DNA of 64,000 bases from Malacoraja senta (taxonomy: Eukaryota), in contig JAXLNO010002870.1 of NCBI GenBank assembly GCA_038087875.1, positions 1 through 64,000 on the forward strand. Direction: 5' to 3'. Below the pieces are notes generated by a model. It had not been told where the DNA came from, did no database searches, and was given only the letters and a program-made list of their open reading frames with translations. Shown one piece after another: positions 36,890 to 48,735 of this stretch. Made by a program: the position numbers and the translations under genes. Numbering within the stretch: the stretch's first letter is position 1; each line of letters begins with the position of its first letter.

Positions 36890-39800
36890 TTTTTTTTTTA
36901 ATTTCAAAATATACTTTATTCAAGTAATAAATATATACAATACGTGAACCGTGCGAAAAATTAATCCGGCATTTTCGGAGGCTATACAAATTGTCCAATG
37001 CAGTTAATACATTTTTTTTCAAATTCCACAAATCCGTCCCCCACCCGTGCCACTCATGTGGCCCCCTGGCGTGGGATACCTTCCCTTATTTTGAGGGGCG
37101 TCTCCACCATACCGTGCCCCCCATGTCCAGCAGCGGGAGGACCCTAGACTGTGGCCCTCCCCCATCGAGCCTTGGCGTTGGCTGCACCAAGCTTAAGTGC
37201 GTCCCGCAGCACGTACTTCTGCAGTCTGCAGCGGGCCAGTCGGCAACATTCCCTGACGGACATCTCGCTCTGCTGGGTGGTGAACAACGCTGGGGCAGAC
37301 CAAATAGCGTCTTTCGCCGAGTTGATGACCTTCCAGCAGCATTCGATGTCAGTCTCTGAATGTGTCCCTGGGAACAGTCCGTAAATCACAGAGTCCTCTG
37401 TGACGGAGCTGTTCGGGATAAAGCGTGCCAGGGATCCCTGCATACTTCTCCAGATTCTTTTTGCAAATCCACACTCTGCGAAGAGGTGGGCAACCGTCTC
37501 CTCTCCATAGCAGCCGTCCCGTGCGCTGGCAGTGAGGTTCCCGACGGTGCAGGAAAGATCTGACTGGGAGGGCTCCCCTCACCGCTAGCCAAGCCAGGTC
37601 TTGGTGCTTGTTGGTGAGTTCTGGCGATGAGGCATTTTGCCAGACAAGCTGGGCAGTCTGCTCTGGGAACCACGCCACCGGATCAATCGAGTCCTTTCCC
37701 TGCAGTGCCTGCAGGACGTTCCGTGCTGACCACTGCCCAATGGACATGTGGTCAAAGGTGTTGGTCCGGAAGAACCTTTCCACAGACGACAGATGGGGCA
37801 GCAATGTCCAGCTGACTGGCACATTGCGTGGCATCTGTGCCCGGCCCATCCTTCGCATCCTTTAGCAGGTAGTGACACTTGGTGCCCATGTGCCTTGGCT
37901 CTACACTCCGCCTGATGCAGCCACACACAAAGGTGGCCATCAGGGTGAGGGCGACGTTGGGCACGCTTTTACCCCCGTTGTCTGCTGACTTGTACATTGT
38001 GGCCCGTCGCACCCGGTCTATCCTCGACCCCCAGATGAACTGGAAGGCGGCCCGGGTGATCCCTGTGGCGTAGGAGGGAGGGACAGGCCACACTTGCGCC
38101 AAGTACAGCAGCCCCGAGAGCACCTCACACGTGATGACCACATTTTTTCCGGTTATGGAGAGGAGCGTTGCCTCCACAGCTCCAGCTTCTTCCCCACCTT
38201 GACTATCCGCTCCAGCCAATTCTTGTTACACGCCTCAGCCCCCCCGAACCAGATCCCCAGCACCTTCAAGAAGTCAGGCTTGATGGTGAAGGGGACAGAA
38301 GTTCGGTCGGGCCAGTTGCCAAAGAGCATGGCCTCGCTCTTCCTGCGGTTCACCCTGGCTCCCGTGGCCGACTCAAACTGGTCGCAGATACTAATCAGTC
38401 TGCGGACCGACCCTGGATCCGAGCAGAAGACAGCGACATCGTCCATGTACAGGGAAATTTTGACGAATGCCCCCACTGCTTGGCAATGTCACTCCTCTTA
38501 TGCTCGCATATTCCTGATGGACTCGGCAAAAGGTTCAATACAGCAGATAAACAAGACAGGAGAGAGAGGGCACCCCTGCCTGACTCCAGACCTTACAGGG
38601 AAACTGTCTGATTCCCACCCATTGATTTGGACTGCACTACGGATATTGGTGTAGAGCAGTTTGATCCAATTTCGGATTCCCTCCCCAAAACCCATTTTGG
38701 AGAGCACGTCCCTCATGAACGTGTGCGATATCCTGTCGAAGGCCTTCTCCTGGTCCAAGCTGACTAGGCAGGCATCCACCCGTCTGTCCTGCACGTAGGC
38801 GATGGTATCTCTCAGCAGCAGGTACAGCACAGGTTTGTGTTGGATCACCTGTCCCAGAGCTGACTTGACCCGGTTGGCGATGGCCTTAAACAGGATCTTG
38901 TAATCTACATTCAACAATGTGATGGGTCTCCAATTCTTTATATCCTTCATCTCCCCCTTCTGCTTGTAGATTAGGGTGATGCTGCCATTCCTCATGGAGT
39001 CTGACATGCTGCTGGCTAGAAGCATGTCGTTGTACACTTCCAACAGGTCCGGGCCCACCCAGTCCCACAGAGCCGAATACAACTCGGCCGGTAAGCCATC
39101 GCTTCCGGGAGTTTTACTCGAGTCAAAGGAATGGATGGAGCCAGTCAGCTCCTCTAGGGTCAGTGGTTGGTCCAGACTCTCCCGCTTGCTGTTCTCCAAG
39201 ACCTCCGTGATAGAGGACAGGAAGTTCTGGGAGGCGGTGCTGTCTGTGGCCTTTTTGTCGTACAAATCCGTGTAAAAGGATTTGCAGATCCTCAGCATGT
39301 CCGTCTGCGAGGATGTTACCGAGCCATCCTCTTTCCTAAGGCTGTTCATCACAGCTTCCCCTGTGAACCTTATGGAAGAAGAAACGTGAGCACGTCTCAT
39401 CCTGCTGCACATGGCGGACCCTGGATCGGATGATCTTGGAGGATTCAGACGTAAAGAGCCGAGCTTGCCGGTCCTTCACCTCTCTAAGTTCCTCCCTCAC
39501 ATCCACCCCTCTCGACTGCAGAAGGAGCAGTTGTTGCAAATCTGTCTGGAGTTGGCACAATTCCCTCTGACTCTGTCTTGCTCTCTGAACCCCTTTAACT
39601 ATGAAGAACCTCTTAATGTTCTCCTTGGTTGCTTCCCACCAGCGTGTCGGGGAGTCAAAGAGGGGCCTCACCGTTCTCCAACATGCGTAGTCCCTCTTTA
39701 GCTCCTCAACGTTCTCTGGGGTCAACAGCTTCATATTTAACTTCCACGTCCCCCTGCCTGCCTTCCGGTCCTCCTGTAGGTGACAGAAAGCCCGAAGGAG

Positions 39801-42180
39801 GCAGTGGTCAGAGAAGAACACCGGCGTGAGGTCGGTGTGTCTCACCGTGACGGCCTTCGTCGTGAAGATGAATTCTATCCGGGGTCGGGCTAAACCGTCC
39901 GATCTCGACCAGGTGAAATGCAGCTGGGACCTGCCTGCAGGGTTGCTGAAGGCGTCGTGCAGCTTTGCGTCTTTTACCGTCTCCATGAGGAACTTGGACG
40001 TGCTGTCCAGTCTGTTGTCGGCACTGCCGGATCGTCCAGCCGCATCGATGATGCAGTTGAAGTCACCGGCCAGAACGAGCTGCCGGGACGTGGCCAGCAG
40101 CGATGGGAGCTGCTGGAGAACGGCCAGCCGCTCGCTCTGCACGGGTGAGGTATACACATTAATCAGCTGGAGCGTAGAACCACGGTACATAACATCCACC
40201 ACGGGGAGACGGCCCCCAACCACCTCCCTGACCTCAGCGATGGCGAAGTTCCCTCCCCGCAGCAAGATCCCCAGGCCGGAATCGCAACAGTCATTGCCCC
40301 CCGACCACACCGACAGTCCGTGGGGCCACCATCGCGACCACCTCCGATAGCAGCGGAGGTGCGGCAGCCCGCACTCGTGGGGAAAAGTCACATCTGCCTT
40401 GACGTTGGCCAGGTACTGCAAGGCATTTACACATCGCCCAGTGCTCTTTATACTGCGCACGTTTAAAGATGCCAGTTTTATCTCCATTGTCTTTAGAGTC
40501 ACTGACCATTCTCGTGTCCCCTCATGCCCACCGCTTCGGTGAATTGCCTCAGCTTTCCTGGGCTCAGGAACCCAGTGCCGGCATCCTCAATGAGGTGGGT
40601 TTCCTGTGGCGTAACCCAAGGTGTCGTTGGGAGGGGCCTACTCGTTCCACCCACTTCAGGGCGCGCTGCTTCCTCCGTAGCTGGGGTACGGTGGCTGGTT
40701 CACTGCTCCTGCAAGCCCGGGGTTGGGGCCCATCGGCCGCTGCGATGATCCCGGTCTCCAGGGGCTGGAGCCCCTCGGCCTCTGCACTGCTTCCGATGTC
40801 CTGGCGCTGGAGCCCCTCGGCCGCTGCTCTGCTCTCGGTCTCCTGGGGCTGGGGGATGATTGGCGTGGCCTTTCTCTTTTCCTCCCCTGTTTTCTTCCTC
40901 TGCCTCCATCGTTGGGACTTCCCGGTCGCCTCATCCTCCAACGAGGAGAGGTTGCTGCCTTCTGTCAGGGAGAAAGATCTTTTTTGGGATTTATTTTTGG
41001 ACTTACCAGCCCTTTCCGACCTCGGCTCTTTCGGCTGAACCCTCTGGTGCTTCTTGTACATCACCGTCGTCCATTTCTCCTGCTGTCCCCCCTCCTCCAT
41101 CGACTCTCCCTCCTGGGCAGGGTGATGGGGGTCTCCTTCCGGCACTTGGGGGCTCGAGGTGGTCGGGCTGTCCTCGTCCCTGTTCCCCCTTTCTGCTGCA
41201 GTCTTGGCAATGGTGAGGGGTGTCTCACCCACCCTGGGGGTGCTGGCAGCAGCCCCTCTTGTCGCCTGTGCATAGGTGCAGGCTCTTTTAGGGCAGGCCC
41301 TGTAAAGGTGGCCTGCCTCCCCACACAGGTTGCAGTTCTTGCTGGCCTGACAGTCCTTTGACAACTGCAGTGCATTGGACCATCACATGCCCAGGCTTGT
41401 TGCATTTCCTGCACAGCCTGGGTTGCCCCGTGTAGCTCATGTACCCTCGGTTCCCTCTGATAGCGAACAACGAGGGAGGGTGGATGATGGCTCCGTTCTT
41501 GTCCACCCTCAGCTTCACCTTCACTTGCCGCTTGCTCGTCCAGATCCCGTACAGGTCCTTTATGTCCACACAGTTCCCTGCTCCCTCGACATGACGAGCA
41601 AGGAAGGTGAGGACATCCACTACGGGCACATGTGGGTTGAACATGTGCAACGTGATCATCCTTTCCTTCTGGGTGGGGGGGATGAAGAGCGGCAGCGGAG
41701 CTTCATTCCCCTTCTCCCGGAAGTCTTCCATCAACTTTTGCCATCCCGTCGGATACTTGAAGGTAACATCAATGTATCCATTACCCGGGAACTCCTGGAG
41801 GCAGTAGATGTCCTTGGCCTCAAATTTGCAGGCCTCTAGCAAGACCTTCTTCATGAACAGGTCCCGTGAGAAGGGAACCCCCTTGCTGAGGTCCTTAACG
41901 CTGATTCTCAGGGTATTGCGGATACCCTGTACTCCCGCTCCAGTTGCTGCTGCCATTGTGGCTGAATGAGGTGTTAGGTTGGTTGCCCAACCAGCATGGA
42001 TCCACCTCTAAGCCCGCAGCCGACCGACTCCTCGTCACTGATTCTGCTCCGCGGTCCACGGCCCTTGTCCCCAAGGGGCCGCCAGAACTGTTCTAATAAG
42101 AACAGAGAGTCTCTTTTACTCAAATACTCGTCCTGGGAGAACCTCCTTGGTGATCAAGGTTTCTCCCCTGCCAGGTGTAC
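36890..42180 (-). mobile_element. Tx1-clade non-LTR retrotransposon, near full length, multiple frameshifts
   Basis: ORF1 starts at 41956 (ZCCHC3-like, HMFNP motif, CCHC knuckles CRKCNKPGH and CNLCGEAGHLYRAC). ORF2 starts at 40502 (SLNVRSI, AGDFNC, FFSDH endonuclease; WRPITLLNVDYKIL, SLDQEKAFDRI, GVRQGCPLSP, LYMDD RT) and ends at ~37144, followed by AATAAA and poly(A) at 36890-36899. Confidence 0.95.
42127..42180 (-). ncRNA. U1 snRNA-derived segment (nt ~7-56, stem-loop I) forming the Tx1 5' head; not a complete U1 gene
   Basis: The minus strand reads ACCTGGCAGGGGAGAAACCTTGATCACCAAGGAGGTTCTCCCAGGACGAG. Vertebrate U1 nt 7-56 as recalled is ACCTGGCAGGGGAGATACCATGATCACGAAGGTGGTTTTCCCAGGGCGAG, giving 44/50 identity. 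Stem-loops II-IV and the Sm site are absent. Confidence 0.85.
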
Positions 42181-42600
42181 AGATATCCTGGTGAGAGAGA
42201 GGGACTGAGAGACACCAATTAGTGCAGATATCCACATCAATGAGAGGACTGAGAGACAGTGAGTCGGGTTTATTGTCACATGTACCGAGGTACAGTGAAA
42301 AGCTTTAGTTGCATGTTAACCAGACAACAGACGGACAATATATGATTACAATCGAGCACAGTGAGCAGAAACATGATGAAGGGAATAACATGAATAAAGT
42401 TCAGTGCAAGATAAAACCAGTAAATTCTGATCAAAGATAGTCCGAGGGTCTCCAATGAGGTAGATAGAGCACAGAAGTCAAGCTACAACAGCCAGTCGTG
42501 ATGCTATGAATGAAGTCCATCTACACCTATATCGGCGACAATCTACGACAATGTATGACCATACCGACAACAAGCTACGACCTTACTGGCAACATGTTAC

Positions 42601-43169
42601 TGTGAATGTAAATCTTGAATAAACGCTGTAAGATTGTTCTGTGAAGGTAAAATGGTTTGGCCAGGTGGACTGGATTAAAACATAAAATGTCTGCTGACCA
42701 AAGTTGCTTAATATGTAGCTGCCGGTTTCAAGAAGTTGTGGTCAGGAGAAATACACATTGTCCTGCTGTTACTGCATATTCGCGACTATGGTATTACCCG
42801 CACCCATCTGACTGAGATGGCTGGCTCTCAGAAGTCTGAGGAATATACAAACCGCCGCGCCCAGAAGTCTGAGGAATGTACCTGTCTTATCTCTAGTATT
42901 GTTCCACTAAATAACACCTCCCAATATGTACGTGCCTGTTATCCTGACCATTGCGTACGTGTCTGTTGCTTTGTTTCAGTAATATGGGAGGCATAAACCG
43001 TAGCCTTAAAGTATATAAGGCATTACGAATAAAGGCATTGAGCTTGACTCTTTGCTAGGTTGCTAACCTGTGTAAAGACTCCTGCTGAATAAACGTACAT
43101 TTAAACCAACCCAGGTGTCCGGTCCATTATTGTCGAAACAACCGATGTAAGAGAAAATGGAGACTCACA
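42601..43169. mobile_element. Probable solo LTR inserted in a ctacgac-rich repeat
   Basis: TGTGA...TCACA ends, internal AATAAA motifs, and flanks ttac/ctac (imperfect 4-bp TSD). Confidence 0.4.
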
Positions 43170-43534
43170 CTACGACAGCTGGCGACCATCGGCAACAGTT
43201 GACGTGACTAGCTACATCAGGCTACGACAGTGACTCCTCCGTGGGTCTCCTTTTTCTCCAGGATAGGGCCCACCCAGTGTCTTCAGCTCCTGAAACAGCT
43301 CTGGGGGAAGCCTGGTGAAGTTTCTGAAGGCATCCTCATCTTCTTGCTGGAGCTCAATCGTCAGGTTGTCATACTGGCCCAACCTGGGTCTCTACAGGGA
43401 CAAGGGCTTCAACCACACACACCTCTTCTTGGGCTTCCTCTTCCCCATTCTTCTTGTCCTTCTGTCTTGCTGATCTTTAAGCATGAGGGCTGCTGCAAGC
43501 AGCAGGGCTTCTTCTTGTGAGAGCAATGCAATTA

Positions 43535-46500
43535 TAAACCTAGCAATTATAGACCTGTTAGTTTGACGTTAGTGGTGGGCAAATTAATGGAAAGGATACT
43601 TAGAGATAATAAATATAAGCATCTGGATAAGCAGAGTCTGATTAGGAAGTCAACATGGATTTGTGCCTGGAAGGTCATGTTTGACTAATCTTCTTGAATT
43701 TTTGAAAGAGGTTACTAGGGAAATTGATGAGGGTAAAGCAGTGGATGTTGTCTATATGGACTTCAGTAGGGCCTTTGACAAGGTTCCTCATGGAATGTTG
43801 GTTAAGAAGATTCAATTGTTGGGTATTAATGGTGGAGTAGCAAGATGGATTCAACAGTGGCTGAATGGGAGATGCCAGAGAGTAATGGTGGATGGCTGTT
43901 TGTCAGGTTGGAGGCCGGTGACTAGTGGGGTGCCTCAGGGGTCTGTGTTGGGTCCACTGTTGTTTGTCATTTACATCAATGATCTGGATGATGGTGTGGA
44001 AAATTGGATTAGTAAGTATGCAGATGATACTAAGATAGGTGGTGTTTTGGATAATGAAGTCGATTTTCAAAGTCTACAGAGAGATTTAGGCCATTTGGAA
44101 GAGTGGGCTGGAAGATGGCAGATGGAGTTTAATGCTGATAGATGTGAGGTGCTGCATCTCGGCAGGACAAATCAAAATAGGACGTACATGGTAAATGGTA
44201 GCGAATTGAATTATGCAGTTGAACAGAGGGATCTAGGAATAACTGTGCATAGTTCCCTGAAGGTGGAATCTCATGTACTGTAGATAGGGTGGTAAAGAAA
44301 GCTTTTGGTGTGCTGGCCTTTATAAATCAGAGCATTGAATATAGAAGTTGGGATGTAATGTTAAAATTGTACAAGGCATTGGTGAGGCCAATTCTGGAGT
44401 ATGGAGTACAATTTTGGTCGCCTAATTATAGGAAGGATGTCAACAAAATAGAGAGAGTACAGAGGAGATTTACTAGAATGTTGCCTGGGTTTCAGCAACT
44501 AAGTTACAGAGAAAGGTTGAACAAGTTCGGTCTTTATTCTTTGGAGCGCAGAAGGTTAAGGGGGGACTTGATAGAGGTCTTTAAAATGATGAGCGGGTTA
44601 GACAGAGTTGACGTGGATAAGCTTTTCCCATTGAGAGTAGGGAAGATTCAAACAAGGGGACATGACTTGAGAAGTAAGGGACAGAAGTTTAGGGGTAACA
44701 TTAGGGGAACTTCTTTACTCAGAGAGTGGTAGCTGTGTGGAAGGGTTGCACTTGAACCCGAGGGGGACCAATATCCTGGCGGGGAGATTTGCAAAGGCTA
44801 CTGGGGAGACTTTAAACTAGAACGGTTGGGGGAAGCGACACAAATAGAGAAACCTAGTGGAAAATGTGGGAGGCAGGAGGCAGAGAAGGGAAGCACTCGG
44901 ACCCAAAATGTAGGGGAGAAAGAAGAAAAAGGATAATAAACAGAGAATAAGTGGTGGAGGGTTTCTTAAATGTGTATATTTTAATGCTAGGAGCATTGTA
45001 AGAAAGGTGGATGAGCTTAGAGCCTGGATTGACACCTGGAAGTATGATGTTGTGGCGATCAGTGAAACATGGTTGCAGGAGGGGTGTGATTGGCAAATAA
45101 ATATTCCAGGATTTCGTTGCTTCAGGGGTGATAGAATTGGAGGGGCAAGAGGTGGGGGTGTTGCATTGCTTGTCAAGGAAGATATTACAGCAGTGCTTTG
45201 GCAGGATAGATTAGAGTGCTCGTCTAGGGAGGCTATTTGGGTGGAACTGAGAAATGGGAAAGGGGTAGCAACACTTATAGGGGTGTATTATAGACCGCCA
45301 AATGGGGAGCGAGAATTGGAAGAGCAAATATGTAAGGAGATAGCAGATATTAGTAGTAAGCACAAGGTAGTGATTGTGGGAGATTTCAATTTTCCACACA
45401 TAGACTGGGAAACACATTCTGTAAAAGGGCTGGATGGTTTGGAGTTTGTAAAATGTGTGCAAGATAGTTTTTTGCAGCAATACATAGAGGTACCTACTTG
45501 AGAAGGGGCAGTGCTGGACCTCCTGTTAGGAAATGAGACAGGGCAGGTGGCGGAGGTATGCGTCAGGGAGCACTTCGGGTCCAGTGATCACAATACCATT
45601 AGTTTCAATATAATTATGGAGAGGGTCAGAACTGGATCTAGGGTTGAGATTTTTGTTTGGAGAAAGGCTAACTTTGAGGAGATGCGAAAGGATTTAAAAG
45701 GAGTGAATTGGGACATGTTGTTTTATGGGAAGGATGTAGAAGAAAAATGGAGGACATTTAAGGGTGAAATTTTAAGAGTACAGAATCTTTATGTCCCTGT
45801 TCGGTTGAAAGGAAATAGTAAAAAATGGAAAGAGCCATGGTTTTCAAGGGAAATTGGACACTTGGTTCGGAAAAAGAGAGAGATCTACAATAATTATAGG
45901 CAGCATGGAGTAAATGAGGTGCTTGAGGAGTATAAAGAATGTAAAAAGAATATTAAGAAAGAAATTAGAAAAGCTAAAAGAAGATATGAGGTTGCTTTGG
46001 CAAGTAAGGTGAAAGTAAATCCAAAGGGTTTCTACAGCTATATTAATAGCAAAAGGATAACAAGGAATAAAATTGGTCCATTAGAGAGTCAGAGTGGACA
46101 GCTATCTGCAGAGCCAAAAGAGATGGGTGAGATATTGAACAATTTCTTTTCTTCGGTATTCACGAAGGAGAAGGATATGGAATTATGTGACGTAAGGGAA
46201 ACAAGCAGAGTAGCAATGGAAACTGTGAGATTCAAAGAAGAGGAGGTGCGGACACTTTTGAAAAATATGAAAACGGATAAGTCTCCAGGTCCTGACAGGA
46301 TATTCCCTAGGACATTGAGGGAAGTTAGTGTAGAAATAGCAGGGGCTATGACAGAAATATTTCAAATGTCATTAGAAACGGGAATAGTGCCGGAGGATTG
46401 GCGTACTGCGCATGTTGTTCCGTTGTTTAAAAAGGGTTCGAAGAGTAAACCTAGCAATTATAGACCTGTTAGTTTGACGTCAGTGGTGGGCAAATTAATG

Positions 46501-48065
46501 GGAAGGATACTTAAAGATAATATATATAAGCATCTGGATAAGCAGGGTCTGATTAGGAACAGTCAACATGGATTTGTGCCTGGAAGGTCATGCTTGACTA
46601 ATCTTCTTGAATTTTTCGAAGAGGTTACTAGGGAAATTGATGAGGGTAAAGCAGTGGATGTTGTCTATATGGACTTCAGTAAGGCCTTTGACAAGGTTCC
46701 TCATGGAAGGTTGGTTAAGAAGATTCAATTGTTGGGTATTAATGGTGGAGTAGCAAGATGGATTCAACAGTGGCTGAATGGGAGATGCCAGAGAGTAATG
46801 GTGGATGGCTGTTTGTCAGGTTGGAGGCCGGTGACTAGTGGGGTGCCTCAGGGGTCTGTGTTGGGTCCACTGTTGTTTGTCATGTACATCAATGATCTGG
46901 ATGATGGTGTGGAAAATTGGATTAGTAAGTATGCAGATGATACTAAGATAGGTGGTGTTGTGGATAATGAAGTAGATTTTCAAAGTCTACAGAGAGATTT
47001 AGGCCATTTGGAAGAGTGGGCTGAAAGATGGCAGATGGAGTTTAATGCTGACAAATGTGAGGTGCTACATCTCGGCAGGACAAATCAAAATAGGACGTAC
47101 ACGGTAAATGGTAGCGAATTGAGGAATGCAGTTGAACAGAGCGATCTAGGAATAACTGCGCATAGTTCCCTGAAGGTGGAATCTCATGTAGATAGGGTGG
47201 TAAAGAAAGCTTTTGGTGTGCTGGCCTTTATAAATCAGAGCATTGAATATAGAAGTTGGGATGTAATGTTAAAATTGTGCAAGGCATTCGTGAGGCCAAT
47301 TCTGGAGTATGGAGTACAATTTTGGTCGCCTAATTATAGGAAGGATGTCAACAAAATAGAGAGACTACAGAGGAGATTTACTAGAATGTTGCCTGGGTTT
47401 CAGCAACTAAGTTACAGAGATAGGTTGAACAAGTTAGGTCTTTATTCTTTGGAGCGCAGAAGGTTAAGAGTGGACTTAATAGAGGTCTTTAAAATTATGA
47501 GCGGGTTAGACAGAGTGGACGTGGATAAGCTTTTCCCATTGAGAGTAGGGAAGATTCAAACAAGGGGACATGACTTGAGAATTAAGGAACAGAAGTGTGG
47601 AATAGCTGTGTGGAATGAGCTTCCAGTGGAAGTGGTGGAGGCAGGTTCGATGTTATCCTTTAAAAATAGATTGGATGGGTATATGGACGGGAAAGGAATG
47701 GAGGGTTTTGGTCTGAGTGCAGGTAGATGGGACTAGGGGGAAGTATTTATTTTTAATTTTTAAAAAAAAATTTAAAAAAAATGTTCGGCACGGACTTGAA
47801 GGGCCGAGATGGCCTGTTTCCGTGCTGTTATGGTTATATGGTTATATGGAATGAGCTTCCAGTGGAAGTGGTGGAGGCAGGTTCGATTTTATCCTTTAAA
47901 AATAGATTGGATGGGGATATGGACGGGAAAGGAATGGAGGGTTATGGTCTGAGTGCAGGTACTCTAGATGGGACTAGGGGGAAGACAGAAGGAAAAAAAA
48001 ATGTTCGGCACGGACTTGAAGGGCCGAGATGGCCTGTTTCCGTGCTGTAATGGTTATATGGTTAT
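43535..48065 (+). mobile_element. CR1 host copy (43535-44742 plus 47847-48065) split by a nested CR1
   Basis: The host sequence gtagctgtgtggaa / tgagcttccagtgg rejoins across the insert. It carries the same 5-bp insertions as the 13205-15300 copy. Confidence 0.85.
44743..47846 (+). mobile_element. Nested CR1 LINE with ORF1 C-terminus and nearly complete ORF2
   Basis: It begins with GLHLNPRGTNILAGRFAKATGETLN* (end of the CR1 ORF1 esterase domain). Endonuclease 45007-45501, one stop, then RT 45511-47736; (tggttata)n tail; flanked by tggaa on both sides. Confidence 0.9.
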
Positions 48066-48079
48066 AATGCCGTCAGATG

Positions 48080-48735
48080 TTGGAAAGAACACATTATAGT
48101 GGCGCCTACTGGCGCACACAGGTATCGAACCCGGCGTTCGGAAGCCGCGGTCACGTGACTCGGGAGGGGCTGCTTGTTTTCGCGCGGTTTTGCTCTCGCG
48201 CGCTAGTTCAGCACTGACCACCGATGTGGCCAGACATGTCCAGAGAACCTGTTTACTGAAAAGTTAATTTTGTTCAGTTGTCGTTCTTGTAACCGCCAAA
48301 TTGGTAACCCCGACCTGTCTACCCGTCGTTAGACAAGAGAATTATGCAGGAAGACAACGTTCCCGCAAAATCAGGGCTCACCGTCTTTCAAATTGCCAGC
48401 GTTTTGGCCTGACCAACCTCAGGTGTGGTTCGCCCACGTTGAGGGACAGTTTCACCTCCATCGCATCGTAGCGGACGACACAATGTATTTCCATGTGGTG
48501 GGGGCTTTGCCGCAGGACTGTGCCTCGAGGTTGTTGCCCTACATCAGGGACCCGCCGTCCATCGCCAAATACGAAGGGCTGACGGCCCTGCTGCTCCACG
48601 CTTATGGTCTCAGCCACAGAGACAGGGCAGCGAAGCTGCTGCACATGGACAGTGTCGGCGACCGGCGGCCATCCACCATCATGGCGAAGATGTTAGCCCT
48701 GATGGACGGGCACCGCCCATGTCTGCTTTTCTGGA
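48080..48735 (+). mobile_element. Truncated Ty3/Gypsy element: LTR-like segment, PBS and gag N-terminus
   Basis: TGTTGG start, PBS-like TTGGTAACCCCGAC at 48301, then (KL)PAFWPDQPQVWFAHVEGQFHLHRIVADDTMYFHVVGAL, a typical Gypsy gag N-terminus. Confidence 0.75.

Larger units (their letters stand above)
35866..38338. repeat. Direct repeat copy B (~2.47 kb), right flank of the L1
   Basis: Starts immediately after the L1 poly(A) and continues seamlessly into the uninterrupted Tx1 beyond 38338. Confidence 0.97.

Noticed and set aside
42127-42180. A functional U1 snRNA gene
   Set aside because: Only ~50 nt match. The splice-site-pairing 5' end is damaged, and stem-loops II-IV and the Sm site are absent.
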